Assembly: GCA_040768985.1 (NCBI GenBank)
Contig: JAXGLX010000002.1
Location: 1,856,637 to 1,920,636, forward strand
DNA length: 64,000 nt
Origin: Acidobacteriota bacterium
GTDB lineage: Bacteria > Acidobacteriota > JAAYUB01
Direction of reading: 5' to 3'
Each line of letters opens with the position of its first letter. Position 1 is the stretch's first letter. Made by a program: the position numbers and the translations under genes. The notes beneath the pieces were generated by a model. The model saw only the letters and a list, made by a program, of their open reading frames with translations, made no database searches and was not told the DNA's origin. This document shows positions 46,651-56,880 of the stretch, piece by piece.

Positions 46651-48399
46651 ATGAAGCGCTGCATATGGATCATGATTGCCGGACTGGTCTTGAACGCCGC
46701 AGTCTGGGCCGAGGACAAGATTCAGGATGTGGACCAGCTGGCCGCCAAGTGCGCCGCCGGCAATCGGAAAGCGTGCGAGAAGCTCAACCAGTGGGCGCTG
46801 GCCCATACCAATTACACCATCCACTGCCAGGCCATCCGCCGCGCCACCGATCCGTCGGTGTTGGCCGCGGTGGCGCTAAAAGACGAGAGCCGGGAGGCGC
46901 GCAGAATCGCGGTCGAGCGGATCACCGACCAGTCGGTGCTGGCGAAAGTGGCGCTGGAGGATCGGATGGAACTCGTTCGCCGGGCAGCCGTCGAGCGCCT
47001 CTCCGAACCGGCCGCGCTGGTCCGGGTGGCCATTGAAGACGACGACGAAGCGACCCAACTGCTGGCGGTGGCGCGGCTCGACGATCCGGAGGGCCTGATA
47101 CAGGTGGTCAGAGAGGCGAAGACCTGGAATATCCGCAACGCCGCCATCGTGCGGATCACCGATCCGGTGGCAATGGCCCGCCTGGCGCTCGATGCGCCGA
47201 ATCCGGAAATCCGCGAAGCGGCCGTGGAGCGGATCAACGATCCGGCGGTGTTGGCCCGGATCGCGCTCGGTGACCAGCAGCCGGACGTCCGTCGGGCGGC
47301 CGTTGGCCGGATCGATGACCCGGCCGTGTTGGTACGGGTGGCGGCGGAGGACGCCGCGTGGGACGTCCGTCGGGCCGCCGTCGGCCGAATCGACGATCAG
47401 TTGGTGCTGAACCGGATGGCGGCGGAGGATCCAAATTGGAATGTCCGAAAGGCTGCGGCCGGCAAACTGATCGATCCCTCCGTGCTGGCCCGGGTGGCGA
47501 CACAGGATCCGGAACCCTCTGTCCGGGAAGCAGCCGTCAGACGTCTCGACGATCAGACGGTGCTGGCCAAGGTGGCAACCGACGATGCGGTGCCGGCCGT
47601 ACGCGACACCGCCATTGAACGACTCGCCGACAGCGGACTACTGGCCAGCTTGGCGGAGGCGGAGAAATCCATCATCCGCCGCGCCCGGATCATCGCTCGC
47701 ATGTCCGATACCGCACCCCAGTTGGTGGACCTGTCCGGAAACCCCAAACGGACCGCCCGCGACACTCCCGAATGCCTGGCCCGACTCAAACGGGCGACCC
47801 AGGAACCGATTGTCCAGTCCCGGTGCCCCGGCCTGTTTGTCGAGCTGGAGATTGCCGAGATCTCTTCTCGAGGAAAGTACAGCGGAGAGCTGGACGTACG
47901 GGGCGAGACGGTGACTATCGCATTGCGACGGGAACGCGCTCCGGCTGTGAAGATGACGTGGCAGACCTCATTCCCGCCAATATTGGTAGTCCCGGAAACA
48001 GCGCAGACGTGGTTCGTCGACGCAAATGCGGATGGGGGCGCCCTGCTGGCAGAGCTGTTTCGTTCCGGTCCGTTTGCCCATGAGGACCTGTCCGCGCTGA
48101 TGCGCTCCGTGCTGCCCGAAATTCGGGCGGGAGTGGTGGCTTGCCTGTCCGAACCGTCGCTGCTGGCGCGGGTGGCTTTGGAGGATGATGTGCCCAAGAT
48201 CCGCGCCGCAGCCGCCGGGAAACTCACCGATCAGGCGGTGCTGGCCAGGGTGGCACGAACGGATGCCGATTCGGATGTCCGCATCATCGCCATCGAGAAG
48301 CTCGCCGACCCGGCGGTGCTTGACGCGGCGGCAAGCAAGGATCCGGCTCCGGATGTTCGCTCAGCCGCATCACGACGCCTCGCCACCATCCGTCAGTGA
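46651..48399 (+). CDS. HEAT / PBS-lyase-like repeat protein, paralogue of the upstream gene
   Basis: MKRCIWIMIAGLVLNAAVWA signal; shares the KCAAGNRKACEKL motif (KCQKGDRKACLKL in the paralogue) and the 31-aa repeats. ATG at 46651 (GAGGTG RBS) preferred over 46630. Confidence 0.75.
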   Translation: MKRCIWIMIAGLVLNAAVWAEDKIQDVDQLAAKCAAGNRKACEKLNQWALAHTNYTIHCQAIRRATDPSVLAAVALKDESREARRIAVERITDQSVLAKVALEDRMELVRRAAVERLSEPAALVRVAIEDDDEATQLLAVARLDDPEGLIQVVREAKTWNIRNAAIVRITDPVAMARLALDAPNPEIREAAVERINDPAVLARIALGDQQPDVRRAAVGRIDDPAVLVRVAAEDAAWDVRRAAVGRIDDQLVLNRMAAEDPNWNVRKAAAGKLIDPSVLARVATQDPEPSVREAAVRRLDDQTVLAKVATDDAVPAVRDTAIERLADSGLLASLAEAEKSIIRRARIIARMSDTAPQLVDLSGNPKRTARDTPECLARLKRATQEPIVQSRCPGLFVELEIAEISSRGKYSGELDVRGETVTIALRRERAPAVKMTWQTSFPPILVVPETAQTWFVDANADGGALLAELFRSGPFAHEDLSALMRSVLPEIRAGVVACLSEPSLLARVALEDDVPKIRAAAAGKLTDQAVLARVARTDADSDVRIIAIEKLADPAVLDAAASKDPAPDVRSAASRRLATIRQ

Positions 48400-48539
48400 G
48401 CCGCAACGGCGGCCACCCGGACGGAATGTGATTTGAAAGTTTTCGAAGACGGTGACGGTTTTCCGTCCTTCTTCCATTCAGCTACGGGTCTGATTGCTTG
48501 GGACCTGACCACCTCGGCCACATTCACCGATCGAGCTCC

Positions 48540-48600
48540 GGTGTTTGATTGTGCTTCCCCCAATTCACCGATTGACCGATTCACCGATTCACCGATTCAC
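48540..48600. repeat. ATTCACCG array (reverse GTGAATCGG-type) at a convergent gene junction
   Basis: caattcaccgattgaccgattcaccgattcaccgattcacag. Confidence 0.7.
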
Positions 48601-49013
48601 AGCTTCTCAACGGTCAGGTAGTAGTAGCAGGCCGCCGGCCGGCCCTGGTCATCCACGGGTTTGGAAAACCGGTACCGCGACACGGCCTGGGTGAGGGCCT
48701 TGAGCACGCAGCGGGGCACGTCGTCCATCCTGTCCATGTTCAGCATGACGGCGCATTCCACCTCGCCCTGCTCGTCGATGAGGATCTCATAGACCGGCGC
48801 GACCTTGCCCAGCTTGCCCTGGCAGCCCGGCGGACGCTTCACGGGCGAGCGCTCCAGGATCTTCAGGTCGGGAACCGCCTCCGGCTCCAGAATGATCCGA
48901 TCCGGCGATTCGATCATCCCGGTGCAGTGGTGTTTCCGCTCCGGCGGTTCATCCGCGACGGCAACGCCGATAAAAAACACCACCATCAGGAGCAATAGCA
49001 CAATTCGGATCAC
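48597..49013 (-). CDS. Small membrane-anchored protein, possible TonB C-terminal-like domain
   Basis: GTG at 49013 with a GGAGG RBS; N-terminal TM IRIVLLLLMVVFFIGVAVA; C-terminal PVYEILIDEQGEVECAVMLN...LKALTQAVSRYRFSKP is weakly TonB_C-like. Confidence 0.4.
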   Translation of the reverse strand: MIRIVLLLLMVVFFIGVAVADEPPERKHHCTGMIESPDRIILEPEAVPDLKILERSPVKRPPGCQGKLGKVAPVYEILIDEQGEVECAVMLNMDRMDDVPRCVLKALTQAVSRYRFSKPVDDQGRPAACYYYLTVEKL

Positions 49014-49394
49014 GATGCCTCCGTTTTGCCCCAAACACCCTCCACCGGCCGGACGCGGCCGCTTCGGGAGTGTTGACTGACCGGCTATGCCTGTTCGCCC
49101 GCTTCTTCTTGAGGCGCTGTCTCCGGTTGCTCCCCGGCATCCTGCATCTTCTTTTCGAGCCGGCGCTTGCGCTTCTCTTCCTGCTTTTTCTGCCGGGCCA
49201 GATCCTTCTGGCGCTTTTCATGCTTGTAGTTGTTGCGTGCCACCTGCACCTCCTGGGTCTGCGTTCTGTTCAATCGTCGATGGTCGGGTCACACTGTAGC
49301 ACAATGCCTTCCGGGTTTGAAGCAATGAAAGCACCGCGCCCGAACGCGCTAACCAGTGTCCGGCTTGACGAGTATCCCGGTCGGCGGCGCCGCG

Positions 49395-50696
49395 TCACTC
49401 CGTGGCGCCGGCCCGGTTGAGCAGATCGACAATCTCCTCGGTGGAGTGCGCCCGGGCGAACACCAGCAGCGGTCTGCCTTGAGGGTCCCGGATGTTCGGA
49501 TCGGCCCCCTTTTCCAGCAGCCGGGCGACGAATTCCGGCCGTTTCTGCAGGACCGCGTAATAGAGCGCCGGGCGGAGCCGGTCGGGATGCCGGTTGACGT
49601 CAGGAACGGGCTGGTCCAGCACCCGGCCCTTGACCGAGGCGCTCCGGGTGATGAAAAACGTGGCCAGCGCCTCCGGCTGGTCCGCCACCCGGCGGATGAA
49701 CAGGTCCAGCACCTCCGCGTGGACCGGATCGGGCAAGGCGCGGTACTCCACATATTCCACCGCCCGATCGATGGCGGAGTCCAGGGAAGTGGTCACGTCG
49801 TAGATGTGGGCGCCGCGGGCGAGCAGCAGCTCCACGCTTTCCTTGTACCCGGCTCTGCCGGCGCCCTGCCGGACCAGCGTCATCATCGGCGTGACCCGCC
49901 AGTGGTCGTAGGCGTTGGGGTTGACCCCGGCGTCGAGGAGTTTTCGGATATCGTCCACGGCGGCGGACCGGCAGGCGTCAGACAGCGCCTCTTCCGGCCC
50001 TTTGTGTTTGCGGATCGTCGCCAGACCTTCTCCGAAGTGGGACTGCGCCAGCGAAAACGGGGTGTTGTCCGCCAGCCGGCGCTCGAATTCCGCGCCCTTC
50101 ATCTTCTTGGCGTAAACGGTGTTCCCCGTGTCATTCCAGATTCCGGCATCCATCTTCACCAGGTAGTTGTAGTACCCGTTCAGCAGATTGCTCACCAGCG
50201 GATTCCGCCGGTGCTTCTCCAACTCCCGGACATCGAAAAAGGCATACGGATCGGCGCCGCGCTCCAGGAGGAGATCCATGCTGCGGGTGTCGTGTTTGAG
50301 CGTGGCGATCTGCAGCGGTGTCAGCCCGAAGAGCCGTCGGTCAGGATCCGGCGCGGTGTTCAGGAACTCGGCGATGACCGCGTCTCCGAACAGCCGGGCG
50401 TTGAACAGAACGTAGGAATCTTTTGGCTGAAGGGACTGGTCGTGGGCCACCGTCCGCTCGATCCCGCCGGCGTCGCGCACGCGGGCCACAATGAACAGCA
50501 TCAGCAGCTTGTCTTCGGGAGTGGCATCGACGGTCAAAAACTCCTCCAGCAGGGCCTGCCGAAGGATCTCTCCAGCCAACCGGTTCAGGTCAAGTGGCGA
50601 GGACTGGGCCGATGTTCCCTGATCGGCCTGCCGGGCGGTCCCGGCACCCCAGCCGATCAGGCCCAGGATGGCCAGTGTCACGATGATGGTTCTCAT
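49395..50696 (-). CDS. Secreted ankyrin-repeat protein
   Basis: ATG at 50696 with a GAGGAA RBS; signal MRTIIVTLAILGLIGWGAGTA; ANK units (LLLERGADP, LLDAGVNPNAYDHWRVTPMMTL, LLEKGADPNIRDPQGRPLL). Confidence 0.7.
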   Translation of the reverse strand: MRTIIVTLAILGLIGWGAGTARQADQGTSAQSSPLDLNRLAGEILRQALLEEFLTVDATPEDKLLMLFIVARVRDAGGIERTVAHDQSLQPKDSYVLFNARLFGDAVIAEFLNTAPDPDRRLFGLTPLQIATLKHDTRSMDLLLERGADPYAFFDVRELEKHRRNPLVSNLLNGYYNYLVKMDAGIWNDTGNTVYAKKMKGAEFERRLADNTPFSLAQSHFGEGLATIRKHKGPEEALSDACRSAAVDDIRKLLDAGVNPNAYDHWRVTPMMTLVRQGAGRAGYKESVELLLARGAHIYDVTTSLDSAIDRAVEYVEYRALPDPVHAEVLDLFIRRVADQPEALATFFITRSASVKGRVLDQPVPDVNRHPDRLRPALYYAVLQKRPEFVARLLEKGADPNIRDPQGRPLLVFARAHSTEEIVDLLNRAGATE

Positions 50697-50963
50697 GTCG
50701 ATTCTGTTCCTCCCGAACACTCGGCTGCCGCAGTGGCGGATGGATCACCACTGGTATCGGCAGGCTGACGATGATTGCGGACATCATTCTGCCATATCCG
50801 GCGAAAGCTTGAAAAGCGGGAATCGGGGATCGATTGCGGATCACCAGCGGCGGTGCGCAGCCTGCAGGTGTCGCTGGCAATCATCAGCGTCATGCAGAAT
50901 CCCCATATGCCAGGCAAACGGCTTTCCTGTTCGATAAAGCAGTCAGTTCTTGAGCCAGCGCGT

Positions 50964-51845
50964 CTAGCGGGCGACGAGTTCCAGCTTTTTCGTTTCCCAG
51001 GTGTATTGCTTGGGCTCCTTGCCGGGTATTTCGGCGCGCCTCAGTAGGACCACGGGAAATTTCGAACCGGGGGGCGTGTCGAGCGCCGAGAATTGGGACG
51101 CGTTGCGGATGGGGATCCCGTTGATCTGCTGGATGACATCCAGGGCCCGGATCCCGGCCTTGTCGGCGGGCCCGTCGATGGCCACGCTCGTGACCAGGAC
51201 ATATTCCACGCTGGTCTGCCCGAGGTCCTCCGCCTGCTCCGGCGTGAGGTTGTCCACGTATATACCGTAGCTGGGCATCGTGAGCTTCCGGCCGGTGGCC
51301 GCCAGGATGGAGGCCGTGGCGTCCATGAAGTCCCGCGCCGCGCTTTCGGCATCGAAGCAGAATACATAGACCGAGCCGGCGAACATCTTGACGCACCAGT
51401 GAAGCGTGCGGTTCCGCGGCAGCATCGTCCCGACGTTCGGGACGTACCACAGCTCCAAGCGGGTGATGGGTTCCAGCTTGAGCTTGTAAGTGGTCTTCCC
51501 CTCCCCGTCGCCGTTTTTCTGGTACCAGATCGTGTGGAATCGGAGTTCGTCCTTCTTGGGCTTCTTGCGGTCGAGCTTCACCTCGACGGTGTTGGCCAGC
51601 AGCACCGCGTTGTAGTTCTCGGGGATCAGGCAGGCCGGGTGGGACCGCTTGAACAGAGCGGTGAACTGCTCCAGGGTCAGTTGGGTTTTCGGCTCGTGCC
51701 AGAACCGTTGCTGGTCGCTCGGCGCCGGCCACACCTTCTTCTTGCCCGGGATGATGGTGATCTCCTGCTGCGCCAGCGCCGGCGAAGCGTCCGCTACGAG
51801 GCCGGCCAGACAGCACCCTGCGATCAGCCCGAGAAGCAGCATCAT
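50964..51845 (-). CDS. Secreted PDZ-domain protein
   Basis: Signal MMLLLGLIAGCCLAGLVADASPALA; C-terminal PDZ (VLVTSVAIDGPADKAGIRALDVIQQINGIPI). Upstream in-frame extension to 51929 is possible. Confidence 0.65.
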   Translation of the reverse strand: MMLLLGLIAGCCLAGLVADASPALAQQEITIIPGKKKVWPAPSDQQRFWHEPKTQLTLEQFTALFKRSHPACLIPENYNAVLLANTVEVKLDRKKPKKDELRFHTIWYQKNGDGEGKTTYKLKLEPITRLELWYVPNVGTMLPRNRTLHWCVKMFAGSVYVFCFDAESAARDFMDATASILAATGRKLTMPSYGIYVDNLTPEQAEDLGQTSVEYVLVTSVAIDGPADKAGIRALDVIQQINGIPIRNASQFSALDTPPGSKFPVVLLRRAEIPGKEPKQYTWETKKLELVAR

Positions 51846-52060
51846 GCCGCTCCGCCGGCGGAGTCCCTTCCGATCCCCGCGACGAAGAGCTTGTCTCGCG
51901 TCCATGGCACCTCCTGTTGCGACCGCCATCGATTCTCAGGTGAGCAGGTCCGGAACCGTAGATAACCGAATTGTAAATCCTGCCCGCCCCGTTTTTCAAC
52001 CCCCGGCTGCAGGTCGACAACCACGGCCGGGCGGGGCGGCAGGCCGGCACAGAGCCATCC

Positions 52061-52095
52061 AAAAAAAAGAAAAAGTCCCGCCGGATCGGCGGGAC
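52061..52095 (-). terminator. Rho-independent terminator for the 52129..52848 gene
   Basis: GTCCCGCCG-gatc-GGCGGGAC hairpin (52075-52095) with a poly-A run on the plus strand (52061-52074), i.e. a T-tract on the minus strand. Confidence 0.6.
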
Positions 52096-52128
52096 TCTGA
52101 TCGGTTCTGATCCGGTGCGGACGGGCGG

Positions 52129-52848
52129 CTATTTCTCGAACACCTTCTCCACGTCCTGGTACCGGGTGTGCATGGTCTCCAGGGCGGTGTCGATGACCTT
52201 CCAGTCCTCACCGGCCAGCGCCTGGTTCAGTTCGGCGGTGGCGGCGCCGAGCACCTTGAACGCCTCCTTCAGCGCCTCGGTCTTGGCTTCGAACCGCTTG
52301 GGGACGGCCGCGGTCTGGAGCACTTCGCACGCCTTGGCGAGTTCGGCGCCCGAGGCGCGCAGCGCCGCCAGGTCCTTGGCCGGCCACTGGTAGTGGTACA
52401 CCTGGTACAGCACCTGGTGGTAGGCGTCGAGCTCCTTCATCACCGGCCGGACCATGCGCACCAGCCCTTCGTAGCGGGCGTGCAGCTCCTCGGCGGCATC
52501 CAGACAGGGCTGGAGCTCCCCGCCGGCGACGGCCTGCTCGTACTTGGCCACCGCGGCGGCCATGGCCTGGACGCCGGCGTCCCACTTGGCCTGCTTGTCG
52601 CGCAGGATGCCGGGCAGCTTGGCTTTCTCCAACTCGGTCAGGTGCGCCCGGATCTGGGGCGACAGCTCCTTCATCAGGGCCAGGTCCTTGTTGGGCCAGG
52701 CGTTGTGCCACAGCGGGTAGATCACGTCGTGGAACGCGAACAGGGCGGGCACGTCGGACTTGACGTCCGACGGATCGGTGGGGATCGCCCACGCCGCCAG
52801 CATCAGCACGGCGACGAGGCCGAACAGCAGACGGGAACGCGTATTCAT
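52129..52848 (-). CDS. Secreted all-alpha protein of unknown function
   Basis: ATG at 52848 with a GGAGG RBS; signal MNTRSRLLFGLVAVLMLAAWA. The longer track ORF (to 53115) is an unsupported N-terminal extension. Confidence 0.6.
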   Translation of the reverse strand: MNTRSRLLFGLVAVLMLAAWAIPTDPSDVKSDVPALFAFHDVIYPLWHNAWPNKDLALMKELSPQIRAHLTELEKAKLPGILRDKQAKWDAGVQAMAAAVAKYEQAVAGGELQPCLDAAEELHARYEGLVRMVRPVMKELDAYHQVLYQVYHYQWPAKDLAALRASGAELAKACEVLQTAAVPKRFEAKTEALKEAFKVLGAATAELNQALAGEDWKVIDTALETMHTRYQDVEKVFEK

Positions 52849-52993
52849 GAAGCCTCCAGAGGTTTGGTTTGCGGACCTGGATCTTGTGCGGCAGCCCTGC
52901 CGCCCGCCCATTCTAGCCGCCGCGGCCGGTTTGTCAAGGTTCCGGTCGGCGGCAGTCGCGGTTAAGATGCCCGGCCGGCGAAGAAAGACGGTC

Positions 52994-53482
52994 CTACTTG
53001 CGCGCCCGCTCCTCTTTTTCCCGCGCGAAGTCCTTCTCGGCGGCCCGCAGCACCCCCGGCGGGATGCCGGCTTTGCGGGCCAGTTCCTTGAAGTGCGCGA
53101 AATCGTCCTTGGCATCCCGCAAGCGCTGCATGTAGGCGTTGGATGCCAGGAGGCCCTGTTTGTTCCATTCCAGAACGCGGGTCTCCATCTCGTCGATCTG
53201 GGCCAGGTACCCCTTGAACTTCTTGAAGTAGAACTCCTCGTTGGCCGTCCGTTCCGGTCCGCCTGCAGCCGGCGTCATGGTGGTGCCGTCGTAGACGGGC
53301 GCGGCCGCAGGTTCCTTTTTGACCGATTTGAGGTGGTCGTTGGTGATGACCACCGTCGCCTTCTTCTCCTTCGAGTTTTTGCTCTTCCGGGCCACGTCGG
53401 CCACGCTCTGGCCGGACGCGCCGGCCGCCAGCAGCAGGACCAGCGCGGTCAGCGCCGTCGCCCGAAGGCGGGATCTGTTCAT
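52994..53482 (-). CDS. Small secreted Lys/Glu-rich protein, unknown function
   Basis: ATG at 53482 with a GGAGG RBS; signal MNRSRLRATALTALVLLLAAGASG. Confidence 0.55.
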   Translation of the reverse strand: MNRSRLRATALTALVLLLAAGASGQSVADVARKSKNSKEKKATVVITNDHLKSVKKEPAAAPVYDGTTMTPAAGGPERTANEEFYFKKFKGYLAQIDEMETRVLEWNKQGLLASNAYMQRLRDAKDDFAHFKELARKAGIPPGVLRAAEKDFAREKEERARK

Positions 53483-53535
53483 CGCGGACCTCCTGGTTGC
53501 AGCCGTCGCCTCGGCGGACCGGGCACGCCGCCCCG

Positions 53536-54447
53536 TCACCGCGGCAGGGCCGGTTGCCGCTTCAATCGCACCCGGATGTCGAGTCGGGCGCCCTGGCGCG
53601 ACACAACGCCGAACTTTCCCGAATAGTCGGCGAACACCAGCGCCCTGTCCGACCCCTTCAGCACCTTCAGATACGGGTCGAGCTGGGCGACCAGCTTGCG
53701 GAACGCCTCCCGCGCCGCCGCCTCCGACGGGTAGTCGACGCGCATTCGGGTGTAGTCACCGCCCTCGCCGTCGTCGTACCGCGCCACCGCGGCGGTGGCC
53801 GTCCGGCCCAGGCTGAGGATGTTGCCGTCACCGAAGGTGAAGATGGGGCTCATGCCGTACGGGCCCCGGACCAGCCGCAGCGTGTCGGGGAGCTGCCCCT
53901 CGGCCGGCAGCCGCCTCAGCAGGGGCACGGTGGCGTCCGGCGGGAGCCGCCGGGCGATGGCCTGCCCGATCGCGGTCAGCACGGGCCGCAGTTCGCTGCC
54001 GCCGGCCAGGTTGTTGACGATCACCAGGTAGCGGTTCTGCTGGAGCATGAGCTGGTAGGCGTCCACGGTGTGCCGGGCCGGGATGCCGGGATCGCGCTGC
54101 TCCCGCCCGCACTTGGCCAGGTAGATGCCGGCGCCCGCGGCCGGATCGGTCATCCGGTACACCTCCACCGCCAGCTCCGCTGCGTCCTTGTGGAAATGCT
54201 GCAGGGTCAGGGCCTCGAAGCCGAACTCGAGGAACAGCTCGGCGCCCCCGTCGATGTAGTTGTACAACTCGCCGGGGCCGTACACCCGCTGGGTCCCGGC
54301 GCGGGTCCAGCCCGGCGCCGCGCCGTCAGGGGGGATCAGTCCGGGATCGCCGACGGCGCCGGCGGCCGCGGCCGCCAGCCAGAGGAGCGCGATGAGCGCG
54401 CCGACGGCCCGGCCGGAGCCGGGTCGTCGCTCGGTGCAGGTGCGCAT
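53536..54447 (-). CDS. Secreted hypothetical protein
   Basis: ATG at 54447 with a GGAGGTGG RBS (the track start at 54456 is GTG); signal MRTCTERRPGSGRAVGALIALLWLAAAAAGAVG. Confidence 0.55.
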   Translation of the reverse strand: MRTCTERRPGSGRAVGALIALLWLAAAAAGAVGDPGLIPPDGAAPGWTRAGTQRVYGPGELYNYIDGGAELFLEFGFEALTLQHFHKDAAELAVEVYRMTDPAAGAGIYLAKCGREQRDPGIPARHTVDAYQLMLQQNRYLVIVNNLAGGSELRPVLTAIGQAIARRLPPDATVPLLRRLPAEGQLPDTLRLVRGPYGMSPIFTFGDGNILSLGRTATAAVARYDDGEGGDYTRMRVDYPSEAAAREAFRKLVAQLDPYLKVLKGSDRALVFADYSGKFGVVSRQGARLDIRVRLKRQPALPR

Positions 54448-54478
54448 GGGTTCCACCTCCCGCGGACGCTGCCGCGGC

Positions 54479-55684
54479 TCAGAGTTTCACGTACTGGATC
54501 CGGGCCGGATCGGCCACGCCCAGCCCCAGTTTCTCCGCGTAGTGGAGATACTCCGTGTACCGGGGATGTTCGTTGACCGCCACGCCGGCCGCCTTCCGCT
54601 TCTCCACCATGTGCCGGTGCCCGATCATGTCCAGGGCGAAGGGATCGGTGGCGAAGTAGAGCGAGTGCCACGGGTAGACGAACTTGGCGTTCATCATGGG
54701 CCCGTCGTCGTACTGGCCCCGGATGCCGTCGATGATTGAGAGCACCATCTTGTCCCGCACCCACGGCGCGGCGCACACCTCGGTGTTCACCCGGAAGAAG
54801 AGCGGGGCGTGCAGCCGGCCGGTGTTGCAGACGGCGCCGTAGCCGATGTTCTTGGTGACCATGGAGACGCCGTTGCCGGTGTTCTTGAACACGGCGATGT
54901 TGATGATCTTGGTGAGCTTTTCGGTGAGCAGCTTGCCGAAGTAGCTGTACTCGCCGGCGAAGACGTGCTGGTTGAGGTAGAACTCGTCGTCCTTGTAGCC
55001 GCGCACCGCCTTCCCCTCGACCCCCCTGGCGAAGTAGAACGCCTTCGGGTCGAAGTTGGCCTCGCTGACATGGTGGCCCGCCGCGTCGCGCCACTTGGTC
55101 CCTTCTTCGTCCATGGTCTGCAGGCCCACGATGCCGATGCCGGGGAAGCGTTCGGGGGTGTACCGGGCCTCCGTCAGCATGAGATCGAAGCGGTCCCAGA
55201 TGACGATCCGTTCCCGCGGCAGTCCGTTGGCGGTGAGCCACTCGATCACGGCGTCCACCACCTCGTGGCGGGTGTTGATGAGGGGATAGCCCACCGGGTT
55301 GATCTTGATGCCCACGACGTCATCGGGATTGAAGAGCAGCTTGAAGCTGGCCGGCATGTCCTGGCCGGTGAGCCCGGTGATGCCTCGCTGCACCATCTGC
55401 CTGACCACCTCGGCCACCGGCTGGTCGTTGGCCAGGCAGGCGGGATCGGTCACATGGACCACCTTGCCGGGGAAGGGCCCGGGCAACGACCACGGCTTTT
55501 TGGGCACGGCCATGAACTCGGCGATGTTCGTCTCGACTTCCGCCGGCGGCGGCGTCCCCTGGCCGAATGACGGCCGGCCCAGCACCAGCCCGCCGGCGGC
55601 CGCCGAACCGACGCCCAGCGCCTTGACGAATGTCCGCCGCGACAGGCCGCGGTCCGTCGCCCGTCCGTTGTCACGTCCGCTCAT
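54479..55684 (-). CDS. Twin-arginine (Tat) signal protein, DUF362-like family
   Basis: LSRRTFVKALGVGSAAAGGLVLG Tat motif; 401 aa; family assignment from memory of DUF362 architecture (moderate). Confidence 0.5.
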   Translation of the reverse strand: MSGRDNGRATDRGLSRRTFVKALGVGSAAAGGLVLGRPSFGQGTPPPAEVETNIAEFMAVPKKPWSLPGPFPGKVVHVTDPACLANDQPVAEVVRQMVQRGITGLTGQDMPASFKLLFNPDDVVGIKINPVGYPLINTRHEVVDAVIEWLTANGLPRERIVIWDRFDLMLTEARYTPERFPGIGIVGLQTMDEEGTKWRDAAGHHVSEANFDPKAFYFARGVEGKAVRGYKDDEFYLNQHVFAGEYSYFGKLLTEKLTKIINIAVFKNTGNGVSMVTKNIGYGAVCNTGRLHAPLFFRVNTEVCAAPWVRDKMVLSIIDGIRGQYDDGPMMNAKFVYPWHSLYFATDPFALDMIGHRHMVEKRKAAGVAVNEHPRYTEYLHYAEKLGLGVADPARIQYVKL

Positions 55685-55783
55685 GATTGGATGTCCTCCT
55701 CGAAATGAATGCGCGCCCGGTCCGTGACCGGCTCAATCTTTGTACGCAGAAATTCGCGGCCGGGTTCGCGCCGCCGTCCGCGC

Positions 55784-56470
55784 TCAGGCGGGTGGCGCCG
55801 CGGCCGGCGGTCCGCCGGCCGGCGGCGCGGCCAGGTCCTGCCGGCACGACGGGCAGACCACCGCCCCCGACCGGATGAGCTCACCGCACTTGGGGCACGG
55901 CACCCGCCACTCGGTCCCGCGCACGGCCAGCCAGACGCCGGCCAGGACGACCCCGAGGAGCAGCAGGGCCGCGGCCACCGGCACCAGCACGGCCGCCAGC
56001 CCCACCACGCCCGAAAAGCCCGCCTCGCCCAAACTGAACACCTTGCTCAGCCCGTCGTGGACGCCGCCGGTGAGCTCCCGCACCGGCCGGCGGATCCGGT
56101 TGCGCAGGTAGTGCACGCCGGTGGCAGTGGCTCCGCCCAACAGCCCCGAGGCGCCGAGTTCCACCAGGCTCTGGTCCAGCGAGCCCACCACGGCGGCGAA
56201 CGCGATGAAGCCGGCGATGAGCTTCGGCAGGTAGGCGGCCAGGTCGGAGTACTCGCCCAGGTCGGGGTGGGCGTCGATCCAGATTTCGAACACGATGAGG
56301 ACGCCCAGGATCACCAGGACCGTGGGGTCGGCCATCCAGCGGAAGGCGGCCGAGAGCTCGAAGTATTTCGTGTGGTGGAGCAGGCCCAGCAGGAAGACGG
56401 GCACGAATGCCTTGGCGCCCGCGCCGCCGGCCACTCCGAACGCGGTCAGGTATTCCAGCACGTTGGTCAC
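55784..56470 (-). CDS. DUF4126-like integral membrane protein with C-terminal zinc ribbon
   Basis: Multiple TM; C-terminal CPKCGELIRSGAVVCPSC. Confidence 0.5.
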   Translation of the reverse strand: MTNVLEYLTAFGVAGGAGAKAFVPVFLLGLLHHTKYFELSAAFRWMADPTVLVILGVLIVFEIWIDAHPDLGEYSDLAAYLPKLIAGFIAFAAVVGSLDQSLVELGASGLLGGATATGVHYLRNRIRRPVRELTGGVHDGLSKVFSLGEAGFSGVVGLAAVLVPVAAALLLLGVVLAGVWLAVRGTEWRVPCPKCGELIRSGAVVCPSCRQDLAAPPAGGPPAAAPPA

Positions 56471-56534
56471 GGCGTCACCTCCCGGGCCAGGATGCTGCCG
56501 GCATGGTTTGGCGCGGATCCATTATATAACCGCA

Positions 56535-56880
56535 AGCGGGGATCGTGATTGTAAACGTGATCGTAATCGCAATCGTGATCGTAATCGCAATCGTGATCGC
56601 AATCGTGATCGCAATCGCAATCGAGGCTCGAGACTCGAGGCTCGTTCCTGGAACGCGGACATCGGACGTCGGAAATCGGAAATCGGAAATCGGACCTGGG
56701 ACCTGGGTTCTGGGCCCTGGATCACAGAACCCAGATCCACGTACCCATTCACCCATTTACCCATTCACCCATTTACCCATTCACAATTCGAAATGCTCAA
56801 TGACAAATGAAAAATGAAAGATGATCAATGTAAGACTCCTCTCCCGATTCACCTATTCACCTATTCACCCATTCACCTAT
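56535..56880. repeat. Composite repeat block (CGTGATCGTAATCGCAAT array, CTCGAG module, GGACATCGGA, GGAAATCGGA x3, GGACCTGGGA, TTCACCCAT arrays) plus 3'-end conserved element (56780-56830)
   Basis: Direct reading. The minus-sense of 56780-56880 contains TTGATCATCTTTCATTTTTCATTTGTCATTGAGCATTTCG right after the stop of the beta-barrel gene. Confidence 0.8.

Noticed and set aside
49085-49273. 62-aa Lys/Arg/Glu-rich small ORF between the TonB-like and ankyrin genes
   Set aside because: It starts with TTG only, has no in-frame ATG near the 5' end and no clear RBS. It could be a real small basic protein, but the support is insufficient.
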